Source of the DNA: Planctomycetota bacterium
GTDB lineage: Bacteria; Planctomycetota; SZUA-567; H5-PLA8
NCBI GenBank assembly: GCA_045863855.1
Contig: BTVV01000075.1
Coordinates: forward strand, 1-29,823
Direction: 5' to 3'
Length of the DNA stretch: 29,823 nucleotides
This document shows, one piece after another, positions 16,968-25,564 of this stretch; position 1 is the stretch's first letter; each line of letters opens with the position of its first letter. The notes beneath the pieces were generated by a model. The model made no database searches, had not been told where the DNA came from, and was given only the letters and a program-made list of their open reading frames with translations. Both the position numbers and the translations under genes were made by a program.

Positions 16968-17531
16968 ATGACAAGAATGGCCGAGTCCCTCCTGATCGAA
17001 TCTTTCCGGAGCGGGAACCGGGAGGTGTTCGCTCAGTTGTTCGAGGCGCACCAGCGCAGAGTCGTTCGCCTGGCCATGCACGTGTTACGCAGAGAAGAAG
17101 CCGCTCAGGATGTCGCCCAAGAGGTGTTCATCCGCACCTACGAAGAGTTGCCGCACTGGCGTGGCGAAGCGCGGCTGAGCACTTGGCTGTACCGCACGAC
17201 GCTGAACGTCTGCTTCGAGCGGATTCGCAGCGAGGAACGCCAGCGGCGGCTGAAGGACCGCTGCGCCGGGGATACGCCTGGCGTATCGCCGGAGCATGAT
17301 GCGCTGGAAAGCGAGGCGCTGAAGGCGATCGAAATCGCGGTGCGGCGCCTGCCGCGCCAGCAGCGCATGATCTTCGTGCTCAAGCAATACAACGAACTGC
17401 GCTTTAACGACATCGCGCGGCAGCTTTCGATCACGGAAGGCGGCGCCAAGGCCAGCTATCACAAGGCGTTGACCGCGCTGCGCACGATGCTGCGTCCGTG
17501 GGCTCCGGCGGCGATGGCAGCGACGGCGTAA
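16968..17531 (+). CDS. ECF-family RNA polymerase sigma-70 factor
   Basis: Region 2 (AQDVAQEVFIR...STWLYRTTLN) and region 4 (LPRQQRMIFVL...FNDIARQLSITEGGAKASYHKA). GGAG precedes ATG 16968; alternative start 16926. Confidence 0.9.
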   Translation: MTRMAESLLIESFRSGNREVFAQLFEAHQRRVVRLAMHVLRREEAAQDVAQEVFIRTYEELPHWRGEARLSTWLYRTTLNVCFERIRSEERQRRLKDRCAGDTPGVSPEHDALESEALKAIEIAVRRLPRQQRMIFVLKQYNELRFNDIARQLSITEGGAKASYHKALTALRTMLRPWAPAAMAATA

Positions 17532-17540
17532 GCCGGCCGT

Positions 17541-20500
17541 TCAGCCAGCCAGGAAGGTGCCCGAGGCGGGGGCGTAGTCGAGCTGAACCGTATGCTCGAC
17601 ATGCCCGTCGAAGGCGTCGTCGTGGCTGACCACGATGAGCTGCTCGAAGCGCGAAATGCGCTGTGCGTCGACGACGGCGGCGGCCAGCAGTTGGCGCGAC
17701 TCCGCGTCCAGGCCGTAGGTCGGTTCGTCGAAAATGCACAGGCCGGTCGAACTGAATTGCTGCACCAGTGCGATCTGCAGGGCGAGCACTGCCTTGATCT
17801 TCTGGCCGCCGGAAAGCATCGCGAAGCGGCGCAGGCCGCTGGAGGTCGCGACGCTGAGTTCGTAGGTTTCGTGGTTCCAGATCAATTGGCCCGGGTCGTG
17901 GGGCGAGAGCGCGTGGTACAGGCGCTGCCCGCGTTCGGTAACGGCGCGCACAAGCTGCTGGGCGACGCGGGGACCGGCGTCGCGCAGGATGCGCCGCGCG
18001 TCGTCGATCAGATCGCGCTGCGCTTCGATCAGTTCGTGCCGTTCGATCTGCCCGCGCAGGGACTCCTGGGCTTTGCGCCGCAACTCGAGCCTGCGCAGAG
18101 CCTCTTCAAGCTGCTGTCGGTCGCGCAAGAGTTCGCTCTCCACGGCGCCGAATTGCTGCGTCTGATCGAGGAGTTCGTTGCGCGCGATCTCGTGTGCGGC
18201 CGGATCGTAGGACTCCTGCGCGGCGTCGCGCGCTTTGAGCGCCAGATCGGCCGCGCGTTTGGCTCGTTCCAGCACGCCCGCGGCCACGGCCAGATCGGCG
18301 CGCGCCTGGCCCAGCCGGGCGGCCTCGGGTCCGGCGGCGAGATGCGTGCGCTGCGCTTCGGCGGTCTCGTTCAGCGTGCGCTGCGCCTCGGCGTCACGCG
18401 CATCCAGCCCGGCGATATCGGCTTGGCGGCGAGCCAAGTCTTCGATGGCCTTGACCAGGCGTTCGGTCTCGGCCAGCGCTTCGTGGACCGCGCGCTGCTG
18501 GGCTTGCAGCTTCTCGCGGCGCTGGGCTAAGTCGGAATGACGATCCTCCAGCGCCTGCGTCTCCTGCTCCAACCGCTGCTCTTCGAGTTCGCGCTGGCGC
18601 TGGCGTTCGGCCAGCGTAACGCGCCGCCGATCGAGCCGGTCTTTCCAGCGCCGCGCGGGTTCGGCAGCGGCCCGCGTGAGCGCCTCGAAGGCTTCGGCCA
18701 CATGCGGCGCGGCGGCCAGCGCTTCCCAAGGCTGCTCGCCCGGCGGGGGCAGGTCAGGCAGACGCGGCAGGGCGGGCAGGCGGTCTTCGTCGGCGCTTAG
18801 CGCGTGGGCCAGTCGTTCGAAGGCCTGGCGCGGTTCGATATGTCGCGCGACGAGCGCTTGGCGCTCCAGTTCTTCCAGCGCATTCTGAGCCTGGATGCGC
18901 CAATTCTCGGAGGCTTTCACTTCTTGCTCGGCCTCAAGCACGTTTCGCTCGTCGGCGGCGTACGCTTCCTCGGCGGCCTGCGCGGCCTGCGCGACAGCAT
19001 CGAATGCTTCGTCGAGTTGGACTTCGCTGAGCACCAGTTTGCCCCGATCGAATTGCCGGCAGCGTTCGGCGAGAAGCGGGCACTGCTGGCTCAGTTCCAG
19101 GCGTTTGGCGAGTTCGCGGCGCGCGGCATGGCGTTCTTCGGCGCGCGCCCATTCTTCGCGGGCTTGGTCGCGCAGGGCGCGGGAGCGGTCGCGCGCGGCG
19201 GTGGCTCGGATGTAAATCTCGGGGTCGAAGGCGGCCAGCGCGCGGTTGGCGTCGGCAGCTTGGCGCCCGGCCGCTTGCGCGCTCTGGGCGGCGACCTCTA
19301 ATAAAGTGACCCAGCGTTCGACCTGGCTGAGTGCGAGTTGCAGTTCCGCATCGGGCGCGGAGAGCCGTTCGGGCGCGGACGCGGCTTCGGCGGCGTCGAA
19401 GGCTTGGCGGCGCGAATCGACATGGGCTTCGCGCGCGGCCAGCGCCTCGGCGCGGCGGTCGAGGTCTTCGCGGAGTTCGCGCGCTTGGCGGTCGGACTCC
19501 TGGGCGCGCGTTTCGGCCGCGACTTTGCGCTGCTGAAGCAGGCTGAGTTGTTCGCGCCAGCGTTCGTACTCGGTCCTGCGCGCGGCGATCTCTGCGCGGG
19601 TCTGCTCGGCTTGCTTGTAACGCGCGTGATCGGCGGCAGTCGAGTCGAGCATCTTGCGCGCTTCCTCGGAGCGGTGAAGCAGTTCACGCTTCGCGACGAC
19701 GGTTTGGTCGGCGTGTTCCAGATCCTTGCGCGCTTGGAGCAGCGCCTGTGCGGTTTGGGTGACGGCTTGCGCGCGGCGGTCCCATTCGGCGAGCTTGGCG
19801 CGCGCGTCCTGCAACGCGCGGCGGCGGGTTTCGAGCTGGTCTTCGGCTTGCGCGAGGCGTTCCTGCAGGCGCGCGGACTCCTGCTCGGCGCCTTCGGTCA
19901 TCTCGATCCGCGCGCGGGCGGCTTTGATTTCGCCTTCCACTTCACGCAGGATCAGTTCCAGCCGGTCGCGCGGGTCTTTCAGCTCCTGCTGGCATTGCTG
20001 GTAAATCTCGACTTCGAGGATCGGTGCGAAGTAGCGGCGAGCCTCGGCGGGCGAAAGCTCGTACGGGTCGAGAAAGCGGCCCTGCCGCACGCCGACGAGC
20101 TTGCGGAAATGGCTGGGCAGCGCGCCGGCGTCGTCCAGTCCAAAGGCGCCGGCCAGGAAGCGGCGCACTTCGTCTTCGGTCTCATGCGTGACGAAGCCGC
20201 TTTCGTCGCGCACGGTCCAGCGCAGACGGCTGGCCTTTCCGATGCCGCGGCGGACGCGGTACAGGCCATCGGCGGTGGCGAGTTCGATCTCGATCTCGCC
20301 CTCGGCCGCGCCGTTGCGGACAAAGACGGTTTCGAGTTCGACGCGAGAACCGGTTTCAGGCGGACAATCGAAGAGCGCGTAGCCCAGCGCTTCGATGACG
20401 GTCGATTTGCCCGCGCCGTTGCGTCCGGCGATGCGGTTGAGGCCGCGCTCCAGACGCAGCGTCAAGCCTTGACCCTCCGGCCCCGTTCCGAACGATTTGA

Positions 20501-20597
20501 CGTTGAGCAGGCGGACGCTGCGGATCCAGACGCCGCTTGCGCCTCCGGCGGCATCCAGCTCGGCGGCTTGGGGTGCGGGGGATTCGGCGGCGTTCAT
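17541..20597 (-). CDS. sbcC: SbcC/Rad50-like SMC-family ATPase
   Basis: Walker A GRNGAGKST, Q-loop VRQG, long coiled coil, central CPLLAERC, signature LSGGQ, Walker B IFDEPT and H-loop VSHD. Adjacent to an Mre11-like gene. Confidence 0.88.
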   Translation of the reverse strand: MNAAESPAPQAAELDAAGGASGVWIRSVRLLNVKSFGTGPEGQGLTLRLERGLNRIAGRNGAGKSTVIEALGYALFDCPPETGSRVELETVFVRNGAAEGEIEIELATADGLYRVRRGIGKASRLRWTVRDESGFVTHETEDEVRRFLAGAFGLDDAGALPSHFRKLVGVRQGRFLDPYELSPAEARRYFAPILEVEIYQQCQQELKDPRDRLELILREVEGEIKAARARIEMTEGAEQESARLQERLAQAEDQLETRRRALQDARAKLAEWDRRAQAVTQTAQALLQARKDLEHADQTVVAKRELLHRSEEARKMLDSTAADHARYKQAEQTRAEIAARRTEYERWREQLSLLQQRKVAAETRAQESDRQARELREDLDRRAEALAAREAHVDSRRQAFDAAEAASAPERLSAPDAELQLALSQVERWVTLLEVAAQSAQAAGRQAADANRALAAFDPEIYIRATAARDRSRALRDQAREEWARAEERHAARRELAKRLELSQQCPLLAERCRQFDRGKLVLSEVQLDEAFDAVAQAAQAAEEAYAADERNVLEAEQEVKASENWRIQAQNALEELERQALVARHIEPRQAFERLAHALSADEDRLPALPRLPDLPPPGEQPWEALAAAPHVAEAFEALTRAAAEPARRWKDRLDRRRVTLAERQRQRELEEQRLEQETQALEDRHSDLAQRREKLQAQQRAVHEALAETERLVKAIEDLARRQADIAGLDARDAEAQRTLNETAEAQRTHLAAGPEAARLGQARADLAVAAGVLERAKRAADLALKARDAAQESYDPAAHEIARNELLDQTQQFGAVESELLRDRQQLEEALRRLELRRKAQESLRGQIERHELIEAQRDLIDDARRILRDAGPRVAQQLVRAVTERGQRLYHALSPHDPGQLIWNHETYELSVATSSGLRRFAMLSGGQKIKAVLALQIALVQQFSSTGLCIFDEPTYGLDAESRQLLAAAVVDAQRISRFEQLIVVSHDDAFDGHVEHTVQLDYAPASGTFLAG

Positions 20598-20600
20598 GGC

Positions 20601-21920
20601 TTACACCGAACGCCTGGCGCGGGCCATGGCGCCGGGAAGCGCCGAGGTTTCGAGCGCTTCGAGCACCGCTTCGCCGCCCGCACGCTGGGAAACCAGACGC
20701 TTGAGCTGCACGAACAGCTCGGCCGTCTCGGCTACGCGGTCTTCGAGGCCTTCGGGCGGACGCTCTTGCAGCATCTCTTCCAGCGCCAGGCGTTCGATCT
20801 GGGCGGTAGTCAGGCCCTCGAGGCTGCGCCCCGTGGCGGGACGGCCGGTGAAGAGTTCGAGCTTCTCCAGGTTGACTTCGACGCCCGCGATGCCCGCCGC
20901 GTCGGCCAACTGCTCCGCAAGCGTGAGCGGCTCCAGCGTGATCCGGCCGATGTTGAGTTGTCCGGTCAGGTACAGGCGCACGACGGCTTCGGGCGGCGGC
21001 GGATCGGAAGCCAGGAGCTTCAGCGCCGCGTGCGCGATGGCCTCGTCGCCAGCCTTGAGTTTGTTTCCGAACGGCGTGACGTCGAGTTCGCGCTTCAGCA
21101 CCGGGCGGCGCGGGCATTCGCGAATGGCGGCGTCGGCCAGGACCAATCCGGGCAACGCTTCGGGATCGATGACCACTTCGGCCCAGCCGCGCGGCCCCGG
21201 CGCGTCGGCTTCGTCGAGCCGGCAGTTCTCCGGTGAGCCCGGGTTGATCGCCCACGGGCGGCCGTCTTCGGCGCGGTGGATCATCGGCTTATGTATGTGG
21301 CCGAGCGCCAAGTACACGATTTTGGCCTGGAGTAGCTTGAGCGTCTCGTGCTGGAAACCGCCGCCTTCGCCGACGAAGTACTCGGGGCCCGCGTGAAGCA
21401 TCATCACGGTGGGCATGCGATCATCGGGCAGCGCGGCGGCGATGGCCGCGACACGGCGATCGGTGCCCGCACCCAGATAACCGGCGCCTACGAATCGAAC
21501 GCCTTCCAGTTCGACGTATGCGCCTTCCAGCAACTCCGCGGAATACGGCTTCAGCAGCGGTCCTTCCGCGGTGAAAGGCGTCGCCAGGAGCGTAAGCAGG
21601 CCTTCTTCAGCCAGATAACGAACCCAGGTGGGACGCGGCACGCCGAGTACCTGGCGATCGTGGTTGCCTTCGATCGCCAGCACCGGGATGCGAGCCTTCT
21701 TGAGCGGGCGCAGAACCTGCTCGGCTTGGCGCAAGACCGGCGGCGGAATTTGAGGCGCGTCGAAGAGGTCGCCGGCCAGGAGCATCACGTCGGCGCGCCA
21801 CTCGCGCGCGCGGGCGGCGAGGCATTCGAAGGCGGCGGCGAAATCGGAGTCGGGCAAGCGGCCGTTGAGGCGGCGGCGGCCCAGATGCAAGTCGGCTCCG
21901 TGGAGGATTCGCAACGCCAT
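20601..21920 (-). CDS. sbcD: SbcD/Mre11-like DNA repair nuclease (metallophosphoesterase)
   Basis: Motifs ADLHLG, GDLFD, GNHD, LH, LGHIH and NPGSPE. Confidence 0.9.
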   Translation of the reverse strand: MALRILHGADLHLGRRRLNGRLPDSDFAAAFECLAARAREWRADVMLLAGDLFDAPQIPPPVLRQAEQVLRPLKKARIPVLAIEGNHDRQVLGVPRPTWVRYLAEEGLLTLLATPFTAEGPLLKPYSAELLEGAYVELEGVRFVGAGYLGAGTDRRVAAIAAALPDDRMPTVMMLHAGPEYFVGEGGGFQHETLKLLQAKIVYLALGHIHKPMIHRAEDGRPWAINPGSPENCRLDEADAPGPRGWAEVVIDPEALPGLVLADAAIRECPRRPVLKRELDVTPFGNKLKAGDEAIAHAALKLLASDPPPPEAVVRLYLTGQLNIGRITLEPLTLAEQLADAAGIAGVEVNLEKLELFTGRPATGRSLEGLTTAQIERLALEEMLQERPPEGLEDRVAETAELFVQLKRLVSQRAGGEAVLEALETSALPGAMARARRSV

Positions 21921-22083
21921 GCCTGCCCTCGCGATCCCCCCGGATTACGCAGGCTCCAAGATTCAGTATTTTGGTGGGGAATGCAAGCCTATATGATCGC
22001 CGCAGAAAAGGATCGGATGCAGAGCAGGCGCGTTGGCGTGACGAAGCTTGAAATCAACGCTGAAATCGTCGCGCAAATAGGCG

Positions 22084-22112
22084 TTGACATGCGCGCGGCG
22101 CAGGGCTAGGTT
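22084..22112 (+). promoter_or_regulatory. Sigma70-type promoter for the ffs-dnaX operon
   Basis: Perfect TTGACA (22084-22089), a 17-bp spacer, then TAGGTT (22107-22112), within an intergenic region. Confidence 0.7.
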
Positions 22113-22114
22113 GA

Positions 22115-22131
22115 TTGGCATAAGGAGTGCG
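22115..22131 (+). promoter_or_regulatory. Putative sigma54 -24/-12 site
   Basis: TTGGCATAAGGAGTGCG has GG(22117-18)-N10-GC(22129-30) and is close to the consensus TGGCAC-N5-TTGC. Confidence 0.45.
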
Positions 22132-22214
22132 AGAAGCGGCGGAAAATGAACCTCGAATCGCACACCTTAAATTCTGTAAGCTGTTTGAAATGAATCAGTT
22201 GTGGGCGGGCGCAG

Positions 22215-22330
22215 CTTGAGTCCGGGGCCAGGCCTCATGCAACGGGGTGGGGCCAACCTGGTCAGGGCGAAAGCAGCAGCCATAAGTCTTTACCTCCGTG
22301 TGCCGTGGGTCACCTGGCCTCGGGCTCAAG
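22215..22330 (+). ncRNA. ffs: Signal recognition particle RNA (4.5S-type S domain); ends approximate, stem may extend to 22191-22355
   Basis: Conserved helix-8 core GGTCAGG-GC-GAAA-GC-AGCAGCC (22260-22281). Closing stem cttgagtccggggccagg / cctggcctcgggctcaag. Typical position upstream of dnaX. Confidence 0.9.
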
Positions 22331-22483
22331 AAGCGCCGCAGCTCCGCTGACTTCACCCTTGTCCGACTGGACAGGGTCGCACGATCCAAAGCCGTCTAAA
22401 ACCTTGGGAACGCAGGGGCCGTAAGCCTTTGCGCGGGTGGCGTATTGTCTCGAATCGGCAGGCCCTGAGCATGGGGAACGCGT

Positions 22484-24517
22484 ATGGCCGCCAAACGAAG
22501 TAAGGCCGCCGCTAAGACCGAAGCAGAGGGCTCCACGGGCGCATACGTGGTCTTCGCGCGGCGCTTTCGACCTCAGACCTTTGCGGATGTCGTCGGACAG
22601 CAGACGGTGACTCATGCCCTGCGGCACGCGCTGAAGTCCGGGCGGCTGGCCCAGGCGTACTTGCTGACCGGCCCGCGGGGCGTGGGCAAGACGAGCCTCG
22701 CGCGCATCTTCGCGAAAGCGTTGAACTGTCTGGCCGGTTCGGGCCCCGCGGAGGAGCCTTGCAACGCCTGCGACGCGTGCGTCTCGATTCAGGACGGCAG
22801 CGCGCTGGACGTAATCGAGATGGACGCGGCGACCAACCGCGGCATCGCGGATGTCCAGAAGCTGCGCGACAGCGTGGGGCTCTCGCCTTCGCAACTACGC
22901 ACCAAGCTGTACATCGTCGACGAAGTGCACATGCTCACCTCCGAAGCCTGGAACGCGTTCCTCAAGACGCTGGAAGAGCCGCCGCCGCACGTGAAGTTCG
23001 TTTTCGCGACGACGGACCCGGACAAGATTCCCGAGACGATCCTTTCGCGCTGCCAGCGATTCGATCTGCGGCGCATTTCGCTGGGCGAGATCGTAAAGCG
23101 CTTGCAGCAGATCTGCGAGGCCGACGGGATCGCGGCGCCGGTCTCGGCGCTGGAGCGGATTGCCGGACTGGCCAAGGGCGGCTTACGCGACGCGGAGAGC
23201 TTGCTGGACCTGGCGGTCAACCTCGGCGAGGGCCAGGTGGACGACGCGGTGGTGCGGCAGATCAGCGGCGCGGCGCCGGACGAATTGCTTTTCGCGATCC
23301 TGCATGCCTGTGCCGAAGGGCGCGTGGCCGACGCGCTGACGCAGGCGGGCGGCGCACTGGAAGCAGGGGCCGATCCCGACGATCTGTTGGTGGAACTGGT
23401 CGGGCGGTTGCGCGGCACGCTGCTGCTGCAGACCTGCGGCGGGGATTCGGCGCTGCTGGAAGGCCAGAGCCACCTCAAGGCGAGCTACGCGGAATTGGCG
23501 GGCAAACTGAGCCAGGACCAGGTGCTGATGCTGGTGCAGCTTTTCTCCGCGGCGCGGCGGCAAGTGCGCGACGCGGCACAGGCGCGGCTGCCGCTGGAGA
23601 TGGCGCTGATTCGCGCGTCGCGCGTGAGCGAACTGGTGGACTTGGGCAAGCTGGTGACGGCGGTGGAGCAGGGCGCCGCAGGTGGACCTACAGCGCGTGC
23701 GCCCTCAAGCGCCGGTGCGCGGGGGGATCCCCGCCCAAACTCCGCAGGCCGCCCGGCGGGTACGGTTGAATCCCGCCCGGCGGCCATCTCGAACGCGCCT
23801 CGGGCGATGCCTTCGAACGCGAGCGCCGGTGCGGCGCCATCGGCTGCGGGCGGCGGGGCGGAGTATCCGGAGCGCTGGGGCGAAGTGCTCGCCGGAATTC
23901 GCGCTCGATCCGGAGGCGCGCTGCTGGCCAGCGCGCTGGCGCATGCCTGGCCGATCCGGCTCGACGCGGCGGGCACGACGCTGGAATTGGGTTTCACGCC
24001 GGCCAAGGCTTTCTACCGCGAATCGGTGGAACGCCCCGACCGGCAGGAAGCGCTGCAAGCGGTGCTTGAGAGCGTCTTCGGGCGCGCGGTGGCGGTAGCT
24101 TGCGTGCGCGGCGAAGAGCGGCCGTCGCATCTGGGTGCATGCCCAGCTCCGGCAGGCGCGGTTGCACATCCGCCGCCGGCCACGGCGCCGGCCGAAGCTG
24201 CGGCGCGGAAGGCCGAGCCGGCCCGTGAGGAAGAAGAGTTCCACGACGAAGGCGCGCTGCCGTTGCCGAGCGCGCCGGCGGCGGAATCGAACGCGAGTGA
24301 CGACGACGCGGGCGAACCGGAGGACGATTCGGACGATCTGGGTCCTGGCGGAGCGCATCCGGTGCGCCCCGCGGCCGAGTCCATCAACCTGCCGGCCGCG
24401 GGACCGCTGGTGGACGCCGAAGCGGCCAAATCGCATCCGCTGGTGGAATTGGTGGTGAAGCGTTTTCGTGGCCGCGTGGCCGACGTGCGCGCGGCGAACC
24501 GCCGGCGGGAACCGTAA
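22484..24517 (+). CDS. dnaX: DNA polymerase III subunit gamma/tau
   Basis: ARRFRPQTFADVVGQ, Walker A GPRGVGKTS, CNACDAC, DEVHML, FLKTLEEPP, TILSRCQRF and GGLRDA. Confidence 0.97.
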   Translation: MAAKRSKAAAKTEAEGSTGAYVVFARRFRPQTFADVVGQQTVTHALRHALKSGRLAQAYLLTGPRGVGKTSLARIFAKALNCLAGSGPAEEPCNACDACVSIQDGSALDVIEMDAATNRGIADVQKLRDSVGLSPSQLRTKLYIVDEVHMLTSEAWNAFLKTLEEPPPHVKFVFATTDPDKIPETILSRCQRFDLRRISLGEIVKRLQQICEADGIAAPVSALERIAGLAKGGLRDAESLLDLAVNLGEGQVDDAVVRQISGAAPDELLFAILHACAEGRVADALTQAGGALEAGADPDDLLVELVGRLRGTLLLQTCGGDSALLEGQSHLKASYAELAGKLSQDQVLMLVQLFSAARRQVRDAAQARLPLEMALIRASRVSELVDLGKLVTAVEQGAAGGPTARAPSSAGARGDPRPNSAGRPAGTVESRPAAISNAPRAMPSNASAGAAPSAAGGGAEYPERWGEVLAGIRARSGGALLASALAHAWPIRLDAAGTTLELGFTPAKAFYRESVERPDRQEALQAVLESVFGRAVAVACVRGEERPSHLGACPAPAGAVAHPPPATAPAEAAARKAEPAREEEEFHDEGALPLPSAPAAESNASDDDAGEPEDDSDDLGPGGAHPVRPAAESINLPAAGPLVDAEAAKSHPLVELVVKRFRGRVADVRAANRRREP

Positions 24518-24541
24518 GCCGCGTGTGCGAAGGGGCCGAAC

Positions 24542-24868
24542 ATGTTGGGCAATTTGGGCGACATGATGAAGTTGATGGGCCAGGCGGGCCAGATCAAGAA
24601 AAACATGGCCGAGATGCAGGAGCGCGCCAAGCGTCGCGTCGTGGAAGGCAGTTCGGGCGGCGGACTGGTGAAGGTTCGGGCCAACGGGATCGGTGAAGTG
24701 CTCTCGGTGGAGATCGATCCCGAGGCGCTGAAGGATTCGGAGAGTCTGGGCCCGCTGATCGCGGCCGCGACGAATGCCGCGCTGCGCGGCGGGCGCGAAG
24801 CGATGCTCGAGGAAACCAAGCAGGCGCTGGGCGGCATGGAGCTGCCGCCGGGCCTGCTTCCGGGATAA
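24542..24868 (+). CDS. ybaB: YbaB/EbfC family nucleoid-associated protein
   Basis: 108 aa with VEGSSGGGLVKV.ANG...IDP and LIAAATNAA. Lies between dnaX and recR. Confidence 0.93.
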   Translation: MLGNLGDMMKLMGQAGQIKKNMAEMQERAKRRVVEGSSGGGLVKVRANGIGEVLSVEIDPEALKDSESLGPLIAAATNAALRGGREAMLEETKQALGGMELPPGLLPG

Positions 24869-24891
24869 CGGCCGGTAGGAGTGCCTACGCC

Positions 24892-25524
24892 TTGGGACGT
24901 AAAGCCCCCGCGCCCCCGCCGCCTCCGGCGGACAGTTTCGAGCGGCTGATCCACGAACTGGAGAAGCTTCCGGGCGTGGGGCGGCGTTCGGCCGAGCGCA
25001 TGGCGTATCACCTGCTCGAGCAGTCCCGGGAAGAAGCGCTGGCCCTGGCGCTGGCGATCCGCGACGTGAAGAGCAAGCTGCGCCCGTGCTCGGTCTGCGG
25101 GAATCTGACCGAGGCGGAGCAGTGTGCGTTCTGCGCCGATCCGCGGCGCGACGACGCGGCGATCTGCGTCGTGGAGTGGCCGCGCGAGATTCGGGCGGTC
25201 GAGAAGAGCGGGCAGTTTCGTGGGCGCTATCACGTGCTGATGGGCCGCCTGAGCCCGCTTGCGGGAGTGGGTCCGGAAGATCTGCGGATCGCCGCGTTGC
25301 TGCAGCGGTCGCACGACGCCGAATTGCAGGAAGTGGTGCTGGCCACCAGCCCGACGCTGGAAGGCGACGCCACCGCCTCGTACTTGACCGAGAAACTGCA
25401 CGCGGAAGCGCCGAAGGTGAAGATCACGCGCTTGGCGCGCGGAGTGCCGACCGGGAGCGATTTGAGCTTCGCGCAATCGGGCGCGATCGGGGACGCCTTC
25501 AAGGGCCGTACGGAAATGCGCTGA
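24892..25524 (+). CDS. recR: Recombination mediator RecR
   Basis: HhH LPGVGRRSAERMAY, C4 zinc finger CSVCGN...CAFC, and Toprim YHVLMG, EGDATA, TRLARGVP. TTG start after AGGAG. Confidence 0.96.
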   Translation: MGRKAPAPPPPPADSFERLIHELEKLPGVGRRSAERMAYHLLEQSREEALALALAIRDVKSKLRPCSVCGNLTEAEQCAFCADPRRDDAAICVVEWPREIRAVEKSGQFRGRYHVLMGRLSPLAGVGPEDLRIAALLQRSHDAELQEVVLATSPTLEGDATASYLTEKLHAEAPKVKITRLARGVPTGSDLSFAQSGAIGDAFKGRTEMR

Positions 25525-25564
25525 GCCCCCGTTTGGGGAGGCCGCGCCGGAGATGAGGTGAAGC

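Noticed and set aside
19338..21236. 632-aa plus-strand ORF
   Set aside because: Antisense shadow of sbcC/sbcD with no recognisable domain.
17541..21920. SMC ATPase plus nuclease as an anti-phage system (Wadjet/Lamassu)
   Set aside because: The nuclease has Mre11/SbcD metallophosphoesterase motifs and the ATPase has a hook rather than a hinge. No jetABD or lmu partners are present, so ordinary SbcCD is the simpler call.
21963..22389. Small minus-strand ORFs (66 aa and 64 aa)
   Set aside because: They overlap the promoter region and the SRP RNA on the opposite strand and show no protein-like features.
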